Position numbers and translations under genes: made by a program. Positions 18,153 to 25,323 of a DNA stretch of 29,380 nt are shown piece after piece (within the stretch, counting starts at the first letter, position 1; each line of letters opens with the position of its first letter). Location of the stretch: positions 1 to 29,380 of IMG/VR virus record IMGVR_UViG_3300020045_005537; one strand, 5' to 3'. Under the pieces are notes generated by a model. The model was given only the letters and a program-made list of their open reading frames with translations. It did not search any database and had not been told where the DNA came from. This stretch comes from a virus. Its lineage: Duplodnaviria; Caudoviricetes.

Positions 18153-18336
18153 TAATAATTTATATAATGATGAAAATGATTCCCCGTTCAGTTATGCTCC
18201 TGGCGAAGAAGAAAAAACAATTATTCACACGCCGATAGGAATCTGCGCTCATTGTGGTGACAAAGCTTATACTCAGTCACCGATTAACGAAAATCTTTTT
18301 TCGTGCTGGACGTGCGCCTATCATTATGCTAATTAA
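18142..18336 (+). CDS. Small zinc-ribbon protein
   Basis: CAHC...CWTC. Probable TTG start after GGAGG, overlapping the helicase end. Confidence 0.5.
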   Translation: MITNNNLYNDENDSPFSYAPGEEEKTIIHTPIGICAHCGDKAYTQSPINENLFSCWTCAYHYAN

Positions 18337-18338
18337 TT

Positions 18339-18539
18339 ATGAGTATTTTAGACGCGCTTAAATCCATTGTGTCCGATAAAACCGAAAATATCGGACACAA
18401 AGAGGGCATTACCGACGGTATTTTTGAGTGCGCCATATACCGCCTTGGTCTTGATCCTGCTGAATGGATGGGTGAACCGGAGGAAGATAGAGAATTTATT
18501 TTAAATTATTTGGAAGGTGAATATGGGACGAATAAGTGA
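18339..18539 (+). CDS. Hypothetical protein
   Basis: 66 aa acidic ORF, tightly packed between neighbours. Confidence 0.55.
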   Translation: MSILDALKSIVSDKTENIGHKEGITDGIFECAIYRLGLDPAEWMGEPEEDREFILNYLEGEYGTNK

Positions 18540-19050
18540 TGACGTATTTAGGACGCAACTGGACGCTTCATTGAAGCGCCAAGGTATAAAAAAAGCGGAG
18601 CGAAGCGCCTACATTGCAAGCGCATTAATAGTGATTGGCCTTGATAGGGACAGAGTATTGGAAACTAACGAAAAGATGGCGATGGACTATGAACAACAAA
18701 AAAAAGAAGCCGCCCATATCCCACTTGAAAAAGAAGAACAAAAAGCCTTCGTCGCCTGGTACAAACAGATGTTCCCGGGCAGTATTATTATGATGATACG
18801 CAACGATGGCTATCGAACCATGTCGGAGCGAACTGAGCAATTGCTTATGGGCTTGCACCCGGGTGCCGCCGACTTGTTTATCCCTGAGCTGCGGCTGTGG
18901 ATTGAAATGAAGCGGGTTAAGGGCGGGAAGTTAAGCGAGGAGCAAGTCGAGTTCAGGAACGACATTAGACCGGTGGGCTATCGCTATGCCATGGCCGAGG
19001 GATGCGAGGCGGCGAAAGAGATTGTATTGAATTATAAAAATAAAAATTGA
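18523..19050 (+). CDS. VRR-NUC domain nuclease
   Basis: 'E..EQ', 'G..PG.ADL', 'IEMK...G.LS.EQ' PD-(D/E)xK signature. Confidence 0.85.
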   Translation: MGRISDDVFRTQLDASLKRQGIKKAERSAYIASALIVIGLDRDRVLETNEKMAMDYEQQKKEAAHIPLEKEEQKAFVAWYKQMFPGSIIMMIRNDGYRTMSERTEQLLMGLHPGAADLFIPELRLWIEMKRVKGGKLSEEQVEFRNDIRPVGYRYAMAEGCEAAKEIVLNYKNKN

Positions 19051-19075
19051 CAAATAATAATTTAATAGATAAGAT
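19047..19075 (+). promoter_or_regulatory. Strong sigma70-type promoter
   Basis: TTGACA-17 nt-TAAGAT. Confidence 0.8.
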
Positions 19076-19108
19076 AGCCACAACATTAACCAACAAGGAA
19101 ATAAAAAA

Positions 19109-19306
19109 ATGGAAATTGCATTCAGTAGATTATCAGCGATTTTTCACGCATTATCAGCAATAGTCGCTTCCAGCCTGCCTCCCATGATGAAAAGCATGGA
19201 ATCGGCTAAACTAAACTATAAGTCACGTGGTGAAGGCGGAAAAAAGCCGCACTCAACCAACCATAAGCACATGGCTTATGTCAGGGCGCAAAGAAAGAAA
19301 AGATAA
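19109..19306 (+). CDS. Small basic protein
   Basis: AAGGA RBS, hydrophobic N-terminus, K/R-rich C-terminus. Confidence 0.65.
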   Translation: MEIAFSRLSAIFHALSAIVASSLPPMMKSMESAKLNYKSRGEGGKKPHSTNHKHMAYVRAQRKKR

Positions 19307-19330
19307 GTTTCATGTTGTACCTCCTACCTA

Positions 19331-19357
19331 CCCCGGTCTCAGAGCCGGGGGTTTTTT
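19331..19357 (+). terminator. Intrinsic terminator
   Basis: CCCCGG-tctcagag-CCGGGG followed by g and TTTTTT. Confidence 0.75.
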
Positions 19358-19379
19358 GGTAAGAACTGAATAGCCCAAT

Positions 19380-19900
19380 ACCTTAGTCATTGCAGACCGG
19401 CTATAAACTGGCACGAAATGACCGCACGGTGAGATGCCGTGACTTAATGAACAACAATAAGGATTATCGAAAGTGACAACGGTTCATGATGCTAGCTCAC
19501 AGACGTGGTTTAAATCGCTAGTCCTTATTGTTGTTCAAACCAGCACTCGTGCTGGCGTGTTAGCCGCTTTCGTTCCCGGCGTTGATTGGATACCTAAATC
19601 TCTTGCCGGGTAAGAGCAGGGGACACAAGAAGCCTATCTCGCTTTAGCCGCAGTTTGGACAACGTAGGCGGGGGAATGTAAGTCGGGGATAGGCTTCTTG
19701 TGCAAGCGGCGCTGAAAGCCATTGGGGATTCCAGGTGGCAACGTAGAAGCGCAGATTGATAGCCTTGAATCGTAATGAGTCCCGTCCTGGCAGGTGCTTG
19801 TTATAGCCGTAGTAACGCCCGGCCTTGCACTTCAATCAAAACAGGCACGCCACAAGCTGTAAGTCATGGCAACAGGGCAGCCAGCGCCTAGTCTGGCATT
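19380..19900 (+). ncRNA. Putative structured non-coding RNA region (unidentified family)
   Basis: No plus-strand ORF of 60 aa or more. Many stems, including a 19-bp and a roughly 17-bp inverted repeat, with wobble pairs that work as G-U on the plus strand. Confidence 0.6.
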
Positions 19901-19918
19901 TTATTTTAGGTGGATGAG

Positions 19919-20188
19919 ATGAATGAACAAATGAAATATACGCTGGCTGTATTTAGATCAGAGTACGGATGCGAAAGAGCATTACCACTGTCATGGGGAA
20001 CTGATGACGTACAAATTAGCGAACCTGTGGAAATCGAGTTCAATCCTTTAGATGAAAACGCAATCATACTCAATGAAATCGTTGCTATCGAAAAAAAGAT
20101 AGTAGAAACCCGAGATAAAGCGACAAAGGAAATCGAAGAACTTTCGCAAAAGCGTCAGGAATTGTTAGCACTGGAGCACAAAGATTGA
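19919..20188 (+). CDS. Hypothetical protein with C-terminal coiled coil
   Basis: AGGTGG RBS; coiled-coil tail. Confidence 0.6.
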   Translation: MNEQMKYTLAVFRSEYGCERALPLSWGTDDVQISEPVEIEFNPLDENAIILNEIVAIEKKIVETRDKATKEIEELSQKRQELLALEHKD

Positions 20189-20337
20189 GGAACCATATTG
20201 CAGACCTCCGCGCGGCATCGCTAAAGCTTAACCCTGCACCCAGAGCAAAGAGCAGGTTCTTTAACTTGTGCGTATTCGACAAGCCAAAAGACGATTTGCA
20301 TATCGCACAATTTGAAATGAGGTTTAAGAAGAGATGA
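20185..20337 (+). CDS. Hypothetical 50-aa protein
   Basis: Manual call: TTG start after GGAG, with TTGA/ATGA overlaps on both sides. Confidence 0.4.
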   Translation: MRNHIADLRAASLKLNPAPRAKSRFFNLCVFDKPKDDLHIAQFEMRFKKR

Positions 20338-20465
20338 AAAATTACCTTACAAATGAAAATATCATAATTGCGATATTGGCTCTGGCCTGTGTCTTTGTCT
20401 TTGGCTTCTTTGTTTTTAAGCTATTCGACTTTATCGATTGCCTAATTATTGCGGGGTTGGAATGA
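20334..20465 (+). CDS. Small single-TM membrane protein (43 aa)
   Basis: Manual call: MKNYLTNENIIIAILALACVFVFGFFVFKLFDFIDCLIIAGLE; ATGA overlaps. Confidence 0.55.
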   Translation: MKNYLTNENIIIAILALACVFVFGFFVFKLFDFIDCLIIAGLE

Positions 20466-20719
20466 AAAACGATAAAAAACTTATTCAATCTTACGTTTTT
20501 TATAAAGATATCTGCTTTTTTGTAAGCACAATAGATAGGGCAAGTTCGTCTGCGATTCATTTTGGCCGTATTTATTCAGAAACAATGGTATGGGAATGGG
20601 ATGTGGATAAGAATGAGCGCGGTGCATTTGTTGGACAAGACGAAGATATTGAAGGATCAATAGCCGTGCATCAGCGTATGGTTAAGGAGCTATTTGAAAC
20701 AGGTGAATTGGAGCTATAA
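20462..20719 (+). CDS. Hypothetical protein
   Basis: 'FFVSTIDR..S.....YSETMVWEW' small phage-type protein; ATGA coupling. Confidence 0.65.
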   Translation: MKNDKKLIQSYVFYKDICFFVSTIDRASSSAIHFGRIYSETMVWEWDVDKNERGAFVGQDEDIEGSIAVHQRMVKELFETGELEL

Positions 20720-20722
20720 CAA

Positions 20723-20839
20723 ATGAAAGAATTTATTATTGTTTTGGCCTGTGTGGTCGTATTTTATTTTGCAGCGGTATCGTTGCATCATATCGTTGCG
20801 CCGGTCTCTAATGCGATTACAGGGGGATTAAATGGCTGA
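20723..20839 (+). CDS. Small single-TM membrane protein (38 aa)
   Basis: Manual call: MKEFIIVLACVVVFYFAAVSLHHIVAPVSNAITGGLNG; GGAG RBS. Confidence 0.5.
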   Translation: MKEFIIVLACVVVFYFAAVSLHHIVAPVSNAITGGLNG

Positions 20840-21518
20840 TTACACAAAATTTAAGGCTTACTGGGAATCAATCGGAAAGCCGCCGGTAGAATATACAGAC
20901 GATTTACATTATGATTTTAGAGTGTTGAATTCACCTTCTTTTGACGATGATCATGGATAGTACAGAATTAAGGACGATCCTCACTGGGAACTGCGAAAAA
21001 AATGGGTTGATTCTGATTTTAAATTAAACATTGAAGTAATGCTAAGGGATGGAGAATGGACGCGATGTATCAAGCCTTCTTGGCATCCGAATTATCAATA
21101 CAGAGAAGCGGAGAAAAAACCAATGACCGACAAACCAAAGCAAAAGCAATACCGCCAGCGCTGCGGGCGTCCTGGGGGTATTTATGAATGGAATGCTAAT
21201 CCTGGCGCTAACTATCCGCACAATGGTTGGTATGTTGATGATAAAGGAAGAAAACAGTCTTGTATATTTAACAATGATTTAAAGATTTCTAATCGCGAAG
21301 AAAATGACGAAGACCTGATCGAAATAACACCCTACGACGGCATAGCGATTGATACGCCGGGGTGGGCTGAAATAAATAAAGGAGAGAGAGTACGGTTTAA
21401 TTTTGCTGGAGTAAACTCCGCTGGAAATCCGTTGGTATGGTCAAATGGAGGAACGTCATGGACGTGCAAGACAACCATATCTTGTTATAAATTTATACCA
21501 AAAGGAGACGACGAATGA
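20832..21518 (+). pseudogene. Hypothetical gene interrupted by an in-frame TAG (20958-20960): nonsense allele or read-through
   Basis: ATG 20832 has a GGGGGA RBS and is in frame with ORF 21039..21518. Only one stop separates them. Confidence 0.6.
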
Positions 21519-22027
21519 GAATCTTCATGTCAACATCTGAGTTTGCGCGTTGGGCCGGCATATCCCGTGACCATGTGTACACAATTGAGTATCAGCAAGA
21601 ATTTATCGTTCGCAACCACAAAGGCGAAATTGACGTAGAGCCGACGATAATCAAGATTTGTAATCATTACGAGAGCAAGACAGAAAGATCGGTTTATAGA
21701 ACCATAGCTGCATCATTGCGCGGTAAGCTGGAGACACTGCGCCATAATGCAAAGACTATATACCTGAACAAATATGAAGTGCTGTTGAAGATGGGATTTA
21801 ACGATTTGTATGTTCTGGATGCCTATCAGAAAAAGCATCCAGATTTTCCGGTAGGAATTGAGCATAGGGCGAAAAGTGGCGGAAAGGAATACCTGTACCA
21901 ACTCGATGAAATAGAGGCTCATATTGAGCGTAATTGGGAAGCATTACGCAAGCCGGGTGAAAAGAGTCTAAGTAGTTACTGGGCTAAGTTGTTTATTCGC
22001 GGAGAGTTTAAGCCGGTGATGGTATGA
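21515..22027 (+). CDS. Putative DNA-binding protein (HTH / excisionase-like segments)
   Basis: N-terminal 'STSEFARWAGISRDHVY' and a second 'EVL..MG.......HPDFP.......Y..DEI' segment. Confidence 0.55.
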   Translation: MRIFMSTSEFARWAGISRDHVYTIEYQQEFIVRNHKGEIDVEPTIIKICNHYESKTERSVYRTIAASLRGKLETLRHNAKTIYLNKYEVLLKMGFNDLYVLDAYQKKHPDFPVGIEHRAKSGGKEYLYQLDEIEAHIERNWEALRKPGEKSLSSYWAKLFIRGEFKPVMV

Positions 22028-22149
22028 ACACCATGATAATACTGGCTGACTCAAGCGGTAAGCCTAAAATAACATCTAAGTCGGTTGATCCGTAACAAGA
22101 TATAAGAATTGAATAATACTGACTTATAACCGCGATATGGAATATAAAA

Positions 22150-22365
22150 ATGTGGATAGTTGAACTGGAGCGTGACTGTTGGCTTGCGCCTTGGAAGGGA
22201 GACCCTGGACGTACCCTAGTACGAGATAGCGCAAAAAAATACAAATCAGAACATGCAGCAAAATGTGCATTGTTGAGAGCGAAGAGGGTGTTTCCTAATC
22301 GGGATTATTCACGAGCAGAAGTAGTTTCTAATACCGTGTTAAGCGGGGTGAATTTAAGACGGTGA
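22150..22365 (+). CDS. Hypothetical protein
   Basis: 71 aa with 'WLAPW.GDPGRTL....A..Y'. Confidence 0.6.
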   Translation: MWIVELERDCWLAPWKGDPGRTLVRDSAKKYKSEHAAKCALLRAKRVFPNRDYSRAEVVSNTVLSGVNLRR

Positions 22366-22374
22366 TGGCATGAT

Positions 22375-22596
22375 ATGTATGTAAAAGAATTACAATCAAT
22401 AATAAATGATATAGCTGATGATATTGGATGTGACGGAGGAACGAGCATCGGAAGTCACAAAATACCATCAAGCGTAAATTTTTATATCGACGATGATGAT
22501 TCAAATTATGAATTGATTGAAATCGAAACTGATAGATTAGGTGGCTGCGGTTGTGCGGTTGGGGTGACTTTTAGACTGAAAAAACTTTTAGGATAG
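22375..22596 (+). CDS. Hypothetical protein
   Basis: 73 aa; last rightward gene before the convergence with the lysis cassette. Confidence 0.55.
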   Translation: MYVKELQSIINDIADDIGCDGGTSIGSHKIPSSVNFYIDDDDSNYELIEIETDRLGGCGCAVGVTFRLKKLLG

Positions 22597-22682
22597 ACAA
22601 TGCAAATGATTACAATACCTATAAAATGCTTTATAGAAATGATTGTAGAGATTGACGCATAAAGAAGAGCTAACCTGGCGCA

Positions 22683-22871
22683 TCAATACCGGCACGCAAA
22701 GCCCGGCATAAAACCATAACGATCGGAGGCGATACGGACATCGCCCAGGTATTGAACCGATAAATGGCATTTAGTCTTTACGGGTTGGCAGGCGTTTAAG
22801 ACTATCAGGCAACAAGCCGCCGCCACCGGCAAGCGCCATGGCCAGGGCTGTGATTGCGCCTTCTTGATCAT
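22683..22871 (-). CDS. Possible overlapping lipoprotein (spanin-like)
   Basis: Alternate frame to the holin. Basic N-terminus, hydrophobic stretch and lipobox-like LNA|C. No clear RBS. Confidence 0.35.
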   Translation of the reverse strand: MIKKAQSQPWPWRLPVAAACCLIVLNACQPVKTKCHLSVQYLGDVRIASDRYGFMPGFACRY

Positions 22872-22965
22872 GCGTAAAATGAAACACGCCGAATGATGCA
22901 AGGCACCAAATCAGTCCGCGCCATGTTGACGGCTCTTTTGCCCTGCTTAAAAAAAAATCTTTCAT
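22771..22965 (-). CDS. Putative holin
   Basis: 64 aa with 'R.KEPSTWRGL', two hydrophobic segments and a basic C-terminus. GAGG RBS. Confidence 0.65.
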   Translation of the reverse strand: MKDFFLSRAKEPSTWRGLIWCLASFGVFHFTHDQEGAITALAMALAGGGGLLPDSLKRLPTRKD

Positions 22966-23177
22966 GGTTGCCTCGTAAGTGATACTAACTGATTGTTAGG
23001 GTACGTCTGCTCGATAGCCTCAAGCGCATCCACGGCGTTACCAACATCGTTAATGATGATCGATATTGGGATGGCATCTTCGGCGCAAACATACAGGACG
23101 GCTCGGTAGGATAGCATCTTTAATTTATAACTTACCGATTGATAAAATAATGGTTTTAGCTTTATGTGATTGTACAT
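22962..23177 (-). CDS. Hypothetical protein
   Basis: Sits in the lysis cassette with an ATGA overlap with the holin; start uncertain. Confidence 0.45.
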   Translation of the reverse strand: MYNHIKLKPLFYQSVSYKLKMLSYRAVLYVCAEDAIPISIIINDVGNAVDALEAIEQTYPNNQLVSLTRQP

Positions 23178-23255
23178 AAGTTAGCCGGTTACGAATCCGG
23201 CGACTGTTTCGCCCCGGCTTCCCAGTGCAGTACCCGGTAATGATCGGTTAACGAG

Positions 23256-23498
23256 TTAGTCCGGTTTGTTGGCCTGTGATTTAACCCACGCCACGGCCAG
23301 CTCAATGGCCAGATTAACCAGAAATCCGGCCAAAGCATAGCCAAACGTTTGCAGCGTCTTGACCGCCGCCTGGCGCTTCTCTTCGCCGGTCATGTCCTTA
23401 TCATTGAGTTCGGTAACGATTCCTTTAGCTGCCTCGAAAGGCACGCCGCCTACTATCCATTTTGCAAAGCTATTAATTGCGATTGCTGATATTTTCAT
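23256..23498 (-). CDS. Lysis-cassette membrane protein (holin-like)
   Basis: 'G.EKR..A.......G......VNLAIELAVAW.K'. ATGA overlap with the endolysin. Confidence 0.5.
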   Translation of the reverse strand: MKISAIAINSFAKWIVGGVPFEAAKGIVTELNDKDMTGEEKRQAAVKTLQTFGYALAGFLVNLAIELAVAWVKSQANKPD

Positions 23499-23953
23499 TT
23501 TGGTATCTCGTAATATCGCCCGGTTGAAATCTGCCCTGCAACCCGTTTTGCGCGTTCAGGGCTATCGTGTATGGCCCATTTGCTATTCATAGCCTCACCG
23601 TACGCTAGCGGCCAATTTCTTGCCATCGCTGCGGCTCTCATGCGTTCAAAGTCCATGAATTTTCTTACGCCCATCTGGAAAGCCATGTTGATGAAAGCAT
23701 CGCGCCGCGCCTTGTCGAATCCATCAAAACGCGGCCAGCGTTGGCGAAGGTCGCCTATGGTTGATCCAATGTCGTAATTAAGAAGTTCCTCGGCGAATTC
23801 CTTTGTTATGGTATCAGGAATCAGCTTTCCTTCATAGTAGGGCGCATTATCAAGATTATGCCCATAGCCTATTGTCCAATGCCCGGCACTACATTTGTAC
23901 TTTTTAAGCCGTAAGCCTTCTTCGAATTTAAGCTGTTCTTTTAGATGGCTCAT
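23495..23953 (-). CDS. Endolysin, T4-lysozyme-like (GH24)
   Basis: 'EEGLRL..YKCSAG.WTIGYGHNL', 'NMAFQMG', 'SKWA...P.RA.R'. Confidence 0.92.
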   Translation of the reverse strand: MSHLKEQLKFEEGLRLKKYKCSAGHWTIGYGHNLDNAPYYEGKLIPDTITKEFAEELLNYDIGSTIGDLRQRWPRFDGFDKARRDAFINMAFQMGVRKFMDFERMRAAAMARNWPLAYGEAMNSKWAIHDSPERAKRVAGQISTGRYYEIPK

Positions 23954-24087
23954 TTAATATTCCAAACAATGGCAAACAATACGCCGACACAAGTGATTGC
24001 CCAGGCGACGCCGGTAGAGAATCCGCTCATTTGCTCGACGCGTTCTTCCAGCCTTTCAACTCTGCGTTCCAAATCATTAATGTCCAT
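23950..24087 (-). CDS. Small coiled-coil + C-terminal TM protein
   Basis: MDINDLERRVERLEERVEQMSGFSTGVAWAITCVGVLFAIVWNIK; start moved to ATG 24087. Confidence 0.6.
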   Translation of the reverse strand: MDINDLERRVERLEERVEQMSGFSTGVAWAITCVGVLFAIVWNIK

Positions 24088-24334
24088 CGATCTTATCCCA
24101 TAATAACCCAATACCGGCCCCAATAACACCAAATACAGACGCAATCCCTGCTCCATAGCCCTGCATGGTATCAACTTTCTGCTTCACGTCGCCAATATTA
24201 GAACGGATTTCCTCCAATATGTCATTGGTATGATCCGCCTGCCTGCGGCGCTCAATGCCGTTGTCTGTTATCAAATGGTGCATGGATTCGCAGCGCTCTT
24301 CAAGTCGTGCTACTCTGGATTCGAGGGTAGGCAT
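24077..24334 (-). CDS. Coiled-coil + C-terminal TM protein (XhlA/holin-like)
   Basis: 'LESRVARLEER' coiled coil and a Gly-rich TM segment; AAGGA RBS. Confidence 0.6.
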   Translation of the reverse strand: MPTLESRVARLEERCESMHHLITDNGIERRRQADHTNDILEEIRSNIGDVKQKVDTMQGYGAGIASVFGVIGAGIGLLWDKIDGH

Positions 24335-24343
24335 GGGGTATCC

Positions 24344-25321
24344 TTATTTTTTTAATAAATTTAACAAGCCGCCCTGCTGCGGCCCTTCGCCGCCGTAGCG
24401 GTTAATGAGTTGATCAAGCTGGATGCCGCCCAACGTGCCGCCTTCAAGCGGGTAATTGCTGCGGCGTTGTAGCATATCCATGGCTAGGCGTTCTTGAGTG
24501 GCGCGGGCTTGGGCTTCGCCGGTGAGGCGCTTATAATCGCTTACCGCCTGATCATAAGCCTCTGGCATTGTATAATTTGAACCGGTATTAGGATTTTGTT
24601 TACCGGCATATTCAAATTGAATACTTACCGGGCTCCCGCCCCTGGCCCATCCTTCGCGCTGCTGTATGGCGTGCTGTCCTTCATGCGCCATGGTCGATGA
24701 AGCATCTTTACCTGTCCCTATCGTAAACTCCCATGAAGAAGGATCATAGGAGCCACCGCCGCCGGATGTTTCCCTGACGCGCATATTTTCGAGCGTAGGG
24801 TAATTTTGATAAAGCTCAGGATGAATGTAAACGTCATTCGCATACGCGCTATTAGCGCCCATGCTGCCCCGGTAAAATGCCTCATTATCCGGTATCTCGC
24901 TGAACATGGAATTATCAGGCATCCGGCCCATCATCTTCATGCGCCAAACCTCCGTTGGATTCATGCCCTCGTCAAGCATCTTGGCCGCTTCCGCTGCTGC
25001 TTTTGCGTCCCAGTTAGCCGCCTTCGGCCCGATAAAGGTTCCAAGGGTGCCGCCGGCGCTTTTGGGCGCAAAGGGCATTGATCCGGTTTCCATCAATCCC
25101 GCCAAGTTGAACGCGGCTTCATGCTGCTGTTCGTCGGTCGGGTCACGGTAAAAGCCGGTACTTTCGTCATACTGCGGGATCCCCATGCCCGTGTTAATCT
25201 GATTCTCTAGCCAGTCCTTCAGCCGCTTCGCGGCCTCAGCCGGGTGCATGGCTGCGGAGGCGATCATCGAATCGCCTTCGTTAAAGCGTTGCTTTTTGAG
25301 AGAATCGATTAATCCGGCCAT
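24344..25321 (-). CDS. LPD23-like domain + zincin metallopeptidase-like protein
   Basis: 'EVWR.....R.PD....SEI.D..A', 'HPELY..YP.L', HExxH motif 'HEGQHAIQQREGWARGGS', and 'Y.RL.GEAQAR..Q.R'. Confidence 0.7.
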   Translation of the reverse strand: MAGLIDSLKKQRFNEGDSMIASAAMHPAEAAKRLKDWLENQINTGMGIPQYDESTGFYRDPTDEQQHEAAFNLAGLMETGSMPFAPKSAGGTLGTFIGPKAANWDAKAAAEAAKMLDEGMNPTEVWRMKMMGRMPDNSMFSEIPDNEAFYRGSMGANSAYANDVYIHPELYQNYPTLENMRVRETSGGGGSYDPSSWEFTIGTGKDASSTMAHEGQHAIQQREGWARGGSPVSIQFEYAGKQNPNTGSNYTMPEAYDQAVSDYKRLTGEAQARATQERLAMDMLQRRSNYPLEGGTLGGIQLDQLINRYGGEGPQQGGLLNLLKK

Positions 25322-25323
25322 GG

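Noticed and set aside
19448-19537. Retron msr-msd bounded by a1/a2 inverted repeats
   Set aside because: There is no reverse transcriptase in the window and the enclosed segment is short.
19380-19900. tRNA cluster or suppressor tRNA
   Set aside because: I found no GTTCRA T-loop with cloverleaf spacing on either strand by eye; tRNAscan should confirm.
20958-20960. Genome-wide TAG-to-Gln recoding
   Set aside because: Long structural genes are uninterrupted in code 11, and TAG terminates other genes (2471, 22596).
23184-23231. Hammerhead ribozyme (GAAAC...GTC)
   Set aside because: The CUGANGA core is absent.
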